Shown here: positions 35,801 to 45,913 of the stretch, one piece after another
How positions within the stretch are numbered: the stretch's first letter is position 1
Layout: each line of letters opens with the position of its first letter
NCBI GenBank assembly: GCA_950097015.1
Contig: CATNEN010000041.1
Coordinates: 124,001 to 188,000, forward strand
From: Macrostomum hystrix
Lineage: Eukaryota > Animalia > Platyhelminthes
Reading direction: 5' to 3'
DNA: 64,000 nucleotides
Position numbers and translations under genes: made by a program
The notes under the pieces: model-generated
Told to the model about the DNA's origin: nothing
Databases searched by the model: none
What the model saw: the letters and a program-made list of their open reading frames with translations, nothing else

Positions 35801-38800
35801 CACAAGCAGTACAATTGCTGATGCACGGGCAGCTGAGATCCGATGTGTTACGAGACTTGTAATAAAGGCACGCAGCTTCGAATCAGAAGCAGATCTCGCT
35901 GAGGATATTGCTGCAATTTGTCCAGATTCAAAGATTCCTCCTTCGGGATGCATTGTTTCCATACATCAGAGAAGTAGTGCTGCAGAAGATCCACGCAGCT
36001 GAATGGTTCTCGCTCCAAACCGATGAGGCCAATAAAGGATCTAAATACCTTGGAGTAGTTGCCCGCTTCCTGCCCAGCTTGTCTCTTGATGTTAAAGTGG
36101 TCTGCATCGACTTGTGGGAGCTAAAGTCCACAAAAGCAGAGGCAATGGGGACTTCCATCCGTCAGTCGATATTGGAGTGTGGAATCAATAGCAACAAGTG
36201 TGTCTCTGTTATGACTAACAGTTGTAACGCTATGCGTGGTGCCAAGAGTGGCACAGTTGTTAGGCTAAAACTGACAGGTTTCCTAACCTAATCGATCTAG
36301 GAGGCTGTTCCTTACACCTTGTCACTAACGTCGCTAGATACGCCCGTGGTGCTTCCGACCTTGGAGTTTCAGTAGAACGCTTGCTTAAGGAGATCTACTT
36401 TTTCTTTAAAACAGTGCAGTCGGATGGTTTTGATGACGTTCTAGCTGACAGCTTCTGTGAGATAAAGAAGCTGGCATTCCTCCGACCTGTGGACACCCGG
36501 TGGCTCCAAGTGCTGCCTGTCGTTGAACGAGTGCTCCATCTGTATGCACCGCTTGATAAGTCCTTTTTGGAACTGAACGTCATGAGTAGAGTAGGGACTC
36601 AGGGACGCATGCTGGACCATAAAAAGGCACTGAAAGATCCAAAGACTGTTCTCTCTTCGCTTCTTAGTGGAGGTTTTGAAGCCACTTCAGCGTTTTGAGC
36701 TTCTCTTCTAGCAGGAAAGCTCTCAGCTCCACCACCTACACAGTCAGATGCTAGACTTGATGAAGCGCTGGCTGTTGCAATTTGTAGATTTGGCCAAGCT
36801 TTCCATGCTGCATTCATGGAAAGTAAACTTGGATGACTTAACTGTCTGGCTAGGGCCCTACAGCATTGGGATGGGTGAGCCAGCAAAGCAATTGTTCATT
36901 GACATGAGTGCTGATGACCAGCAATTGTGTCTTCAAGCAGTGAAAAAATTCTTCCGAGTTGAAACTGAAAAACTGAGGGACTACCTGTCCTACAAGAGTA
37001 AGTTCCTCAAGGCCTGCGAAATGCTGGATCTAAAGGAGCAGCATAATTTGTCGTTTGTTAAGTGGGTTACAACCCTTGCGGCAGAAATTTCATTCACTTT
37101 CACTGACAGAGATTGGCAGCCTGGAAGTTGAGGCGCGTCTACACCAGACAGAGATTCCGGAGTCATCAAATTGCATTGAGTTTTGGGAGACTGTATCCCA
37201 GGCTGGTAATTGTCCTCTAATCATCAGGCTCGTCAGAGTGCTACTCATTCTTCCACATGGGAATGCTGAAGCTGAGCAAGTCTTCAGTCTGGTTCAGGAA
37301 ATGGTTACTAAGAAGTGAACAAGTTTGACACCCTTCACCATCAAGGCCTTAATTGTCACTCGTTCCTGTTTGTCTGTAAAGAAATGGACTGCTGCGAATC
37401 TGCCTGTCACCTTAGCTCTCCTGAACATGTGCGCAAGTGCTCATTTGGCATACTGACAGAGACTGAAGGATGAGGCAGTGGAAGCAGAGCAAGAGTGCCA
37501 TGAAAAGCTAACGAAAGAGGTTTTCACTGAAGTGGAGGTGGACAAGAAAGCTAGCAATCAATTCAACTCATTGCAAGTGAATATTGCATCAAATGCAAGG
37601 GAAATTGAGAAAAAAAATAAAGAAAACAGTGCTGCACTTCTGTTGCTTGAAGAAGCTCCTTGGAAAGCAGAGGTGCACAAAAATGAGCTTGAAGAGCTTC
37701 ACAAGGTGCAGGATCGCATTTGGAAGAGGAAAGAACAAGAGGTCGAACGAATTACACAATCAGTTATAAAGAGGAAGACTGCTGAGCTGGCAGCTGCGAC
37801 ACTGCTGGCATCTATTGCATAGAAAAAGTTTCAATAGGAAAAACTTTTGACAATTTTTTAGAAATTAAGACTATTGCACATTTTTCATGTATCCTATGTG
37901 CTCTTTATTAAACTAGCACCTCAGCTTAATCATTTAGACAATTAAATCAAGATTCAATAAAAATCGATACATTTTTTTATTTGCCTTAGCAAACTATTCT
38001 GTAACTAGAGAAACCTTGTTGAAAGAAATTAAAGCAAAATTGAGTTTAAAGTCTTAATGTCCTTTTTATTAAGAAAATTTCTGTTGGTTTGTCAATAGTT
38101 GTTTTGGAATCAGGGATGGGACTAAACGCCAATTGACACATAGTTGCCATAGCCATGTATATTTGGAAACAGTCCATTTCGGCAACATACCATTTCGGCG
38201 ACAACCATTTCAGCAACAAGTCATTTCGGCGACAACCATTTCGGCGACAATACTTTTGAAGTTGTGGAACAAATTTATTTTGCACAAGAAAAGTGCAGAG
38301 AATGAAAGAGTGAATAGAGGACACAAGGCAGAGACGAAAGTCGCGACAGCACTTCTACCTGTGTAGAATAACGAAGTCGATAACAAACATGTTAGTTATA
38401 AAATATTGGTGACGGCAAATGATGCTACTTATAAGTAAGACAGGTGAGGTTGACGCACATAGAGCGTGGACCAAACTGATCCAAACTAGCTATTTATATT
38501 ACATGTTAAAACAAATACTATAACAGGAATACATTAACAAGTAGACGAATCAAATACATTACATACACAATAAGCAAACACTATCAGATCCATTATTACT
38601 GTGGTTTCGATGTTTGTTGCCAAAGTGGTTGTCGCCGAAATGACTTGTTGCCAAAATGGTTGTCGCCAATATGACTTGTCGCCGAAATGGACCAGATTCG
38701 TATATTTATATATGGGTGCCAAAACATGCCCCAACTTGATTAGTTTATATAATTTCAACATTATTCATACATGCGCAACACCCGGCCGACCCGGCCGAAC

Positions 38801-41055
38801 CGGCCGGGTGAAACGAGGGCCAAGCAAGGTAAGTCGCAAAAACCAATCGACCAAGCGCAAAAAAATCAAAGGGGGGACCAAGGGACAAAAAAGGAAGGCG
38901 TGAAGAAAAGGAAAAAGGGAAGAGAAAAAGAGAGCAAATGAGAGCAAACTAAGTCGTAAATAGAGCAATGAAATGAACTAAGTCGCAAATGAGAGCAAAA
39001 ACTAAGTCGCACGGCCGGCTAAGATTTGGGAGGTTGCGCATGTATGACATTATTAACTGTTTCTGGGCTTACATGATAAAAAGCTCTAAACTTATTTGCA
39101 ATCTTCAAGAATTATGTACTTAAAATATATAAATTTTTTATTTGAAAAATTTCATAATGACAAAATGTCTAGAAAATGTGACAATGTAAATAGGCAGAGC
39201 ATATTCCCACGGTCCCGTGCCGATAATTTCAATTTTATCCCCACGGATCCGTGCCGATAATTTTCTGCTTATCCACACGGCAGCTTGTATAAATAGGTCT
39301 ACAACTCTTTATATATGCCGTGCCGTTAATTTCAATTGTATCCACACGGTTCTGTTCTTTGAAACGAGGCCCTTTCAGATTTGAACGTTTTGTTGAACCC
39401 TCGAGCCAATAGATCGACAAAGTTGCCAGTGTGTTACGACAGTGTTCTACATTTCGACCTACACATTAATTAACCGACATTAATGTCATCCTCTTTAATT
39501 ATTTTAATCACAACTTACTAAATCTTTTGTCATCGTTACGTGTTTTCATTCGAATTGTATTGACTTAAAAAGTAAAAAGTCTTTCAAAGAAAATCATACG
39601 AGTCAACCAGCAGAATTCTAGTCAGCACCAAACTCGTCACACATTATACATCATTGTTATTCTTTTACACTATTCATTGATGGCAGTGCTTATCCCTACG
39701 GTACCGTGGAAATAATTTTTGTCTTATTCCTACGGTACCGTGGGAATAATTTCCTGCTTATCCGCACGGCACACTGACGAGATAGCTGTCCTATCTTCAA
39801 CATATTCCGTTGGCACTGTCAGACATTTTTTATGGACCTATTTTAACTTGGCCTAGAATAAAGTAATAGACTGGATTATAGACTTAGAAGGCTTGAGCTA
39901 TAAGATTAGAAAAATACACACTTCAGTTGTATTCTTTTGAATATATAAATAATAGAAATATATATTTTATATACTTTAAAAAGCCACCGTATTGGGTAAC
40001 TACTTGCGAAAAAAGCAGAAAACTTTAATTTGTTTACTTGCTTTTAAAAACCGGAAGAAAAAAGGAAAATTGCAGTCATGATAAAAAGATAGATGATAGG
40101 ACAGCTATCTCGTCAGTGTGCCGTGCGGATAAGCAGGAAATTATTCCCACGGAATATGTTGAAGATAGGACAGCTATCTCGTCAGTGTGCCGTGCGGATA
40201 AGCAGGAAATTATTCCCACGGAATATGTTGAAGATAGGACAGCTATCTCGTCAGTGTGCCGTGCGGATAAGCAGGAAATTATTCCCACGGAATATGTTGA
40301 AGATAGGACAGCTATCTCGTCAGTGTGCCGTGCGGATAAGCAGGAAATTATTCCCACGGTACCGTAGGAATAAGACAAAAATTATTTCTACGGTACCGTG
40401 GGGATAAGCACTGCCTTCATTGATAGTGTACACTATACACTATACTCTGAAGCAAAAGCCTTATGCTCAGAGACGAATTAGAATAGGTAGGGACTTGAAA
40501 GTAGACCCATTCATACAAGCTGCCGTGTGGATAAGCAGAAAATTATTGGCACGGGACCGTGGGAATAAGCACTTCCATGTAAATAATACAAATATTAAAA
40601 GGTCGAGCCCTTATTTTGACTAAATGACTCAAAGAAAAGACAATTGACATCACTATTTTGAGTGTAATTCATTGTAAGTAAGTCTGTGGTGTTATAAAAA
40701 TGGTTAGCCATTCTCTATATCTCTATAGCTAAATATGATGATAAAAACATGCTGGATATATATGTCAATGAAATGGCACTTTTTAATTGGGCCAACTGTT
40801 AAAGCCTATGGATATGATAGCTAGGCATAGTGATATTGTGTACTAGTCTCAGTCATTAGAAAGAATTCAAATTAGAAATTAGCAAGTACTTATATAAAAA
40901 AATATATACATAATATGGTCCTGGGATTTGCACAGAAAGAATTGTATAACTTGTAACTTATAAATAGTAATATAGCTTACCTCATGTTCTCGAACAATTT
41001 CTGATAGGCATGGATAACGTTCACTTATCCATCTAAAAAACTTAGGAACCCCCAT
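26849..41055 (-). CDS. XRN1: 5'-3' exoribonuclease 1, multi-exon (exon 1 41055-40981, exon 2 34564-34368, 6.4-kb intron 1)
   Basis: [140 protein letters not shown]; Q-rich tail ending [16 protein letters not shown]. Confidence 0.96.
27620..27800 (-). repeat. Coding 21-nt repeat giving (SPQQQQQ)n in the XRN1 C-terminus
   Basis: tgtggtgactgctgctgctgc tandem on the + strand, in frame in ORF 27238..28086. Confidence 0.9.
31570..31810 (-). repeat. 25/28-bp minisatellite that reiterates an XRN1 exon end plus 5' splice site
   Basis: Sense unit (G/A)TTGGGGATGCAGC..(T/G)ATTATCAG, 8 units following the first donor at 31798. Confidence 0.95.
32175..32595. repeat. 20-bp intronic minisatellite, about 20 copies (XRN1)
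   Basis: Unit agccaatctgaggatgggac. Confidence 0.95.
34165..34305. repeat. Degenerate 28-bp intronic minisatellite (XRN1 intron 2)
   Basis: Unit gatctgggagggcggaagctcttctggg, about 5 copies. Confidence 0.8.
35471..37822 (+). pseudogene. Decayed hAT-superfamily transposase inside XRN1 intron 1 (antisense to XRN1)
   Basis: N-terminal CNWC..H zinc finger; WFSLQTDE; NSCNAMRG..G; GGCSLH; RPVDTRWL; C-terminal dimerisation motif [17 protein letters not shown]; broken by several stops and frameshifts. Five ACGCGAA subterminal-like motifs at 35060-35150; right end not found. Confidence 0.85.
38160..38700. mobile_element. Degenerate non-autonomous DNA-transposon-like element with inverted arrays of CATTTCGGCGAC
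   Basis: Tandem catttcggc(g/a)ac units at 38173-38250 face inverted gtcgccgaaatg units at 38612-38692; TSD not evident. Confidence 0.6.
38766..39046. mobile_element. hAT-superfamily MITE, copy 2 (281 bp)
   Basis: Same 14-bp TIR as 15062-15341; 8-bp TSD ACATTATT at 38758-38765 and 39047-39054; about 6 differences from copy 1. Confidence 0.93.
39200..40575. mobile_element. Long foldback-type element with nested inverted arms and an internal 69-bp tandem repeat (about 4 copies, 40095-40359)
   Basis: 39200-39305 is inverted at 40495-40575; 39666-39810 is inverted at about 40290-40432. Confidence 0.7.
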
Positions 41056-43908
41056 AATGTTGAATATCAAGACCTTTTGCTTTTTTTAATCCAATTCTCA
41101 CTTATAAAATATCCACTAAATCTTTACAGGTAACTTTTATAAGTTAATTACAATAACATTAACACAAGCAAACAGAAAAAATATGCGATCGCTAACTTTA
41201 TAAATTTGTGAAATAAAACAGACTAAACTTTTGCTAAAAACAATAGCTCGATTTTTCAAGATCTTAAAACGAATGTAAATGCTAAACTTTTCGTCGAAAA
41301 AAACCGAATCATAAAACCTATTGGCCTATTTTAACTTCCGAAACGTGCAAAAATGTTATAAGACTTAACGATCTCCAAACGAATTTATTTGAAGGCGTAG
41401 GACGTTACAGCCTATAATGATTGTCATGAGTCGAAAATTACGAGTTAACTTTATTAGCACTTTTTGAGCTTTTATTGACAATTGACAATTGACAATTAAA
41501 TTATTTAGTAGTTCACTTGATACTAGAACAGTTTAATGCTGTTTACTGTCCAAAAATGTATTTTTTTACTTTTATCTATGTTGTTAAAACTTTACTTAAT
41601 TAGCTCTTTTTATTTTATATAAAACAACCTTTTAGAGCATTGAAAAAGAACAGATTTACTTTTGCGTAACCTGTGCGTGAATTCAATTTTTGCTTTCAAA
41701 GAAATGATATTAAAAAATTCAAAGACACCACACAGTATTCGTATTAAATATTATTACTTTGATGCATTTGATGTATTCCGTGCATGCAAAGGATGCATGC
41801 AAATTTGATCCTTTCTTGGCCCTTGCCCATCCTTCTATTCCCTCATCAGTTATTATCAGTTAGGCCTAGCAGTTATTAAGAATTAAATCAGTGTTAGGCC
41901 CCTAACCTACTTTTTGAGAGTCAATCTTAACAGGGTGACTTGAGTTATCTAAACACTTATAGTGACTTAAAAACATCGACTACTACTACTAATACTACTA
42001 ATCAGTGTAAAGGTTAATGAGTCATAATCTAAGTCATTTGAACTCAAAGAGTTATCGGCATTCTTTCGTTTCATTATCACCTTTCTAAAATATACTCATC
42101 CAGGCAGGTCTTTTTTGTTTGTCAATGAGGTATAATTAGGACACAAGTTACTGATTTACCACTCCTCTACCACTCCAGTGCTGGTGCAGATGCCCGTTTT
42201 CAGAACCCCTCAATACAATTTCACTATTAAAAAGATTATAATAGGCCTACAAAAGTGAATATAGTGTTCCATTTGATTGCTCAGTTTGATTAGCATGCTC
42301 AGTTCCAAGTTGGTTTAAATAAACACCAGTAAGCTGCCCTGCAGTTACACTGATTGGATAACATTTTGTCAGATTTCTGCTTTTGGACTATGTATTTAAA
42401 TTTTTATATGGGGATTGTAAAACAAAAGTGCCTAGAAATGGGGATTGTAAAATGAAAGAATATCTAATTATCAATGGAACTGCAACATTGCTACCATTTT
42501 TTTTGTTGCTGGGCATAGTTTCAGTTTCCCACTCTAAATTAGGGCCTATTTTAACACATTTTAGCATATTTATTTGATTGTATTTTTGTAGGCCTCTAGG
42601 TTGTTAGGGGCTCATTTGATAGGTAATTAAGCCTGTGTTAAAATAATTTATAGTGGGAAACCAAAACTATGTCTGTTGTTGAATTATTAAAAATGGCAAT
42701 CATTTTTGCCACTGTACCATGCCAATAACTTGCAGACTATTGCTTCAATACTGTAGCAGTAGGCCTAGCTGCTGCATATTGGTATGGAAGACTATAACAA
42801 TAGGCTACATTATGCTATACTGTGGCAGTAAACAGTGCCTAAAAATAATTAATCTTGAAAAGAAAACAAGTGAAGCAACTTTTGAAACTTCTAAATTTTT
42901 TAAATCTGTAGTAGGCCCCTAGGCCTAATTTGTGTTCTAAAATAAAATTTACATATGCTTATGTGTATGTCTATCTTAATTATCTTATTTAATGCCATGA
43001 AATATATTTATAATATTATTTTGCAACTCACATAATCAGCCTGACCCAATATGCCTGGGAAAAAAGCTTGAAAGCAATGTTGGGCCACAAATTTAGGCTT
43101 TGTGTTGGGGTACAAAGTTCAAAGGCTAAGTATTGACTGATTGTAGTCCAAACAGATTGAGGAGTCCAGAAATGTTTTGGTTCATGGGAGCTTTATGCTC
43201 AAAAGCTACTAAAATGGGCCTGGAAATGTCCTAACTGGGCCTGTGGTGAGTTAATATGCAAGATTGTTAGCCTTTATTCCTGTCTCTGGCACTTCATATG
43301 TAAGTAGAGAATAAGGGCTTTCTATTCTGATAGATATTGCTGTGGTATTCAAGTATAGAATTTTTATTGATTCCTTAACAGTAGAAAGTCCATGGGGTAT
43401 CTCAAATGCCCACATGTTTTTGTATCTCTAAAAATCTTCAACCATCTCTAAATATTGTTGATATTTTTGTATTGGTTACATAGGTAGCTATTTGATGATT
43501 GAACCAATATGAATTTGCCATACAGTGGGGATTACAATGGGGATTGTAAAACAAAAGTGCCTAGAAATGGGGATTGTAAAATGGTGCAGAGTAATGTTAG
43601 CTGTCCTTGTCACCAGGGTCTTCGAAAATAATCACTGAATATCTTGACGATGCTGACGTCATACAGCTTTGAAGTTAGTTAAATTTTGGACCAGCATTTT
43701 CTGAAACTTTCCTGACCCAAAATCAAAACTAAACCAAAATTTTGTCTGTAAAGCTCTAACTCCGAAATTTTTGAACCATTTCTATTTACTTTTACTTGGA
43801 GTGTATACTCGGCCTATCAAACTATGATAAGCATCATTATTATGCAACATTATACATAAATTCCAGTACTACTAAATATGCCTAGGATAATGTGAGTTCC
43901 AGCTGACC

Positions 43909-45590
43909 ATGTTCTACCTCAGGCTTGTGTTCACTTTGGTGTTTCCGTTTATCGTGGCCAGGGCCGGCCTAAAAAAGAAGTCACTATCTGTTTCCGGAGC
44001 AGTGCTTGGTAAGGAGCTGAACTGTCAAAGTAATTTAACATTTTATTGGCCTGGTTTTGATTTCGAGCATTGATTTGTTAAAACCAACAAAACAGGCTAC
44101 GCCATCGGAGCCCTGCTGGCCTATGCCAACGCCTGCTACGTGGCCGCCCTGCTGGCCTTCTTCGCTTCCGGCTCCTACGTCACCCGCCTTGGCGCCAGCC
44201 GGAAGGCCCGGCTCGAGGCCGACTTTGAGCGGGTCGCACGGCGCAACTGGATTCAGGTTCGGCACTGGAAACACCTGGAGAAAGTTCCACTTGCCAGCAT
44301 CTCAATCGACCTCCATCTCCACCACCTGCACAGGTGATTTGCAATGGCGGCGCCGCTGCACTATGCGCCATAGCCTACCTCGCATTCGCCTCGCCACCTC
44401 GCCCCGAGCTGCCGATCGACCATGTCCGCTACCCCTCGCCCTCCTATGTCTCCCTGGCCCTGCTGGCTTCCCTGGCCGCCTGCTGCGGTGACACCTGGGC
44501 CTCCGAGCTCGGCTCCGCATTCGCCTGGGGCCAGCCGCGCCTCATCGTCGGCCTGCGCCGTGTTCCCCCCGGCACCAACGGTGGCGTGTCGCTGGTGGGC
44601 ACCGCGGCCAGCTGCGCGGGCGGCGGCCTCGTTGGCCTCGCCTACTGGCTAGCCGTCTGCGTCACTGTGCCGGCCGCGGACCTGATTGAGGCTCCGCCTC
44701 AGCTGCCGCTGCTGCTGGCTGCCGGAGCTGCTGCTGGTGGCATCGGCTCTCTGATAGACTCGCTGCTCGGTGCCACTCTGCAATACTCCGGTGAGCACCA
44801 AACAAGTGATGAATTGGGCATAAACTGCTGAAAGGCCTATTCCGGTCCTTCTGGGCAAATTTTGATCCTTCTGGGCCGATTCCGGTCCTTCTGGGCCGAT
44901 TCCGGTCCTTCTGGGCCGATTCCGTCCTTCTTGGCTGATTCCGGTCCTTCTGAGCCGATTCCGGTCCTTGTAGGCCGATTCCGGTCCTTCTGGGCCGATT
45001 CCGGTCCTTCTGGGCCGATTCCGTCCTTCTGGGCCGATTCCGTCCTTCTTGGCTGATTCCGGTCCTTCTGAGCCGATTCCGGTCCTTGTAGGCCGATTCC
45101 GGTCCTTCTGGGCCGATTCCGGTCCTTCTGGGCCGATTCCGGTCCTTCTGGGCCGATTCCGTCCTTCTTGGCTGATTCCGGTCCTTCTGGGCCGATTCCG
45201 GTCCTTCTGTGCCGATTCCGGTCCTTCTGGACCAATTCCGGTCCTTCTGGGCCGATTCCGTCCTTCTTGGCTGATTCCGGTCCTTCTGAGCCGATTCCGG
45301 TCTTTGTAGGCCGATTCCGGTCCTTCTGTGTTGATTTCGGTCCTTCTGGGCCAATTCCAGTACTTATTCTTCCCGCTAGATGGGTAAAATCCTTACCATC
45401 CAAACCCCCGAAAATCGCCATAGGCTTCGACATTGACACCGGCCTGGTCACTGAGCACCCGGGCCCGCGTGTGCGCCACATCAGCGGCTGTCACGTGCTG
45501 AACAATCACCTGGTGAACCTTCTGTCCTCCATTCTCACCTGCCTGCTGCTGCCACGGCTGGCTCTGATGCTCTCGCCTTGGCTAAAGTGA
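43909..45590 (+). CDS. TMEM19: Transmembrane protein 19 (DUF92 family); exons 43909-44008, 44096-44256, 44334-44790, 45424-45590
   Basis: GLKKKSLSVSGA, RNWIQ|VICNG, ACCGDTWASELG, VPPGTNGGVSLVG, GSLIDSLLGATLQYSG, LNNHLVNLLSS; GT-AG introns in phase. Confidence 0.93.
44835..45360. repeat. 19/20-bp minisatellite filling TMEM19 intron 3
   Basis: Unit ccgattccggtccttctggg with recurring variants. Confidence 0.95.
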
Positions 45591-45913
45591 CGCCACTTGT
45601 TTCGCATCGCAGCTTGCAGATTCCAAAGCTTATTTTGTTTTGTAAACTTTCATTTTGAAGCTTAGTGAAATACATTATCTATATACATTATCTATATACA
45701 TTATCTATATATTTCACTCCGAGGTTGGTTTTGATGCATTTTTAATCGCCTGTTTTGTTATTGTGACTTATTTTAACGTGCGCTCGGTTAGAGACTGGCA
45801 TGCAGGAAAGTCAGTGCAGCCTGCAGTCTCTCGTTCTCCCTGCTTCTTCAGTTTGCGCGAGTCCCTGATTGTGCCATCTCAACTGCCGATCTCCAGAACT
45901 AGAAGCCTCGGTC

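Noticed and set aside
34991-37893. CATACATG at 34991 and catgtatc near 37886 as possible TIRs linking the transposase to the MITE
   Set aside because: The match is only 7-8 bp and the flanks show no 8-bp TSD.
42408-43583. 47-bp exact direct repeat (42408-42454 and 43537-43583) as possible LTRs
   Set aside because: It is too short, has no TG..CA ends, PBS or internal ORF; it is probably a small dispersed repeat or local duplication.
44662-45481. Collagen-like or repetitive ORFs (GIGPEGPES; also 32120-32533, 57703-58800, 63215-63975)
   Set aside because: They are translations of intronic or intergenic minisatellites lying between well-supported exons.
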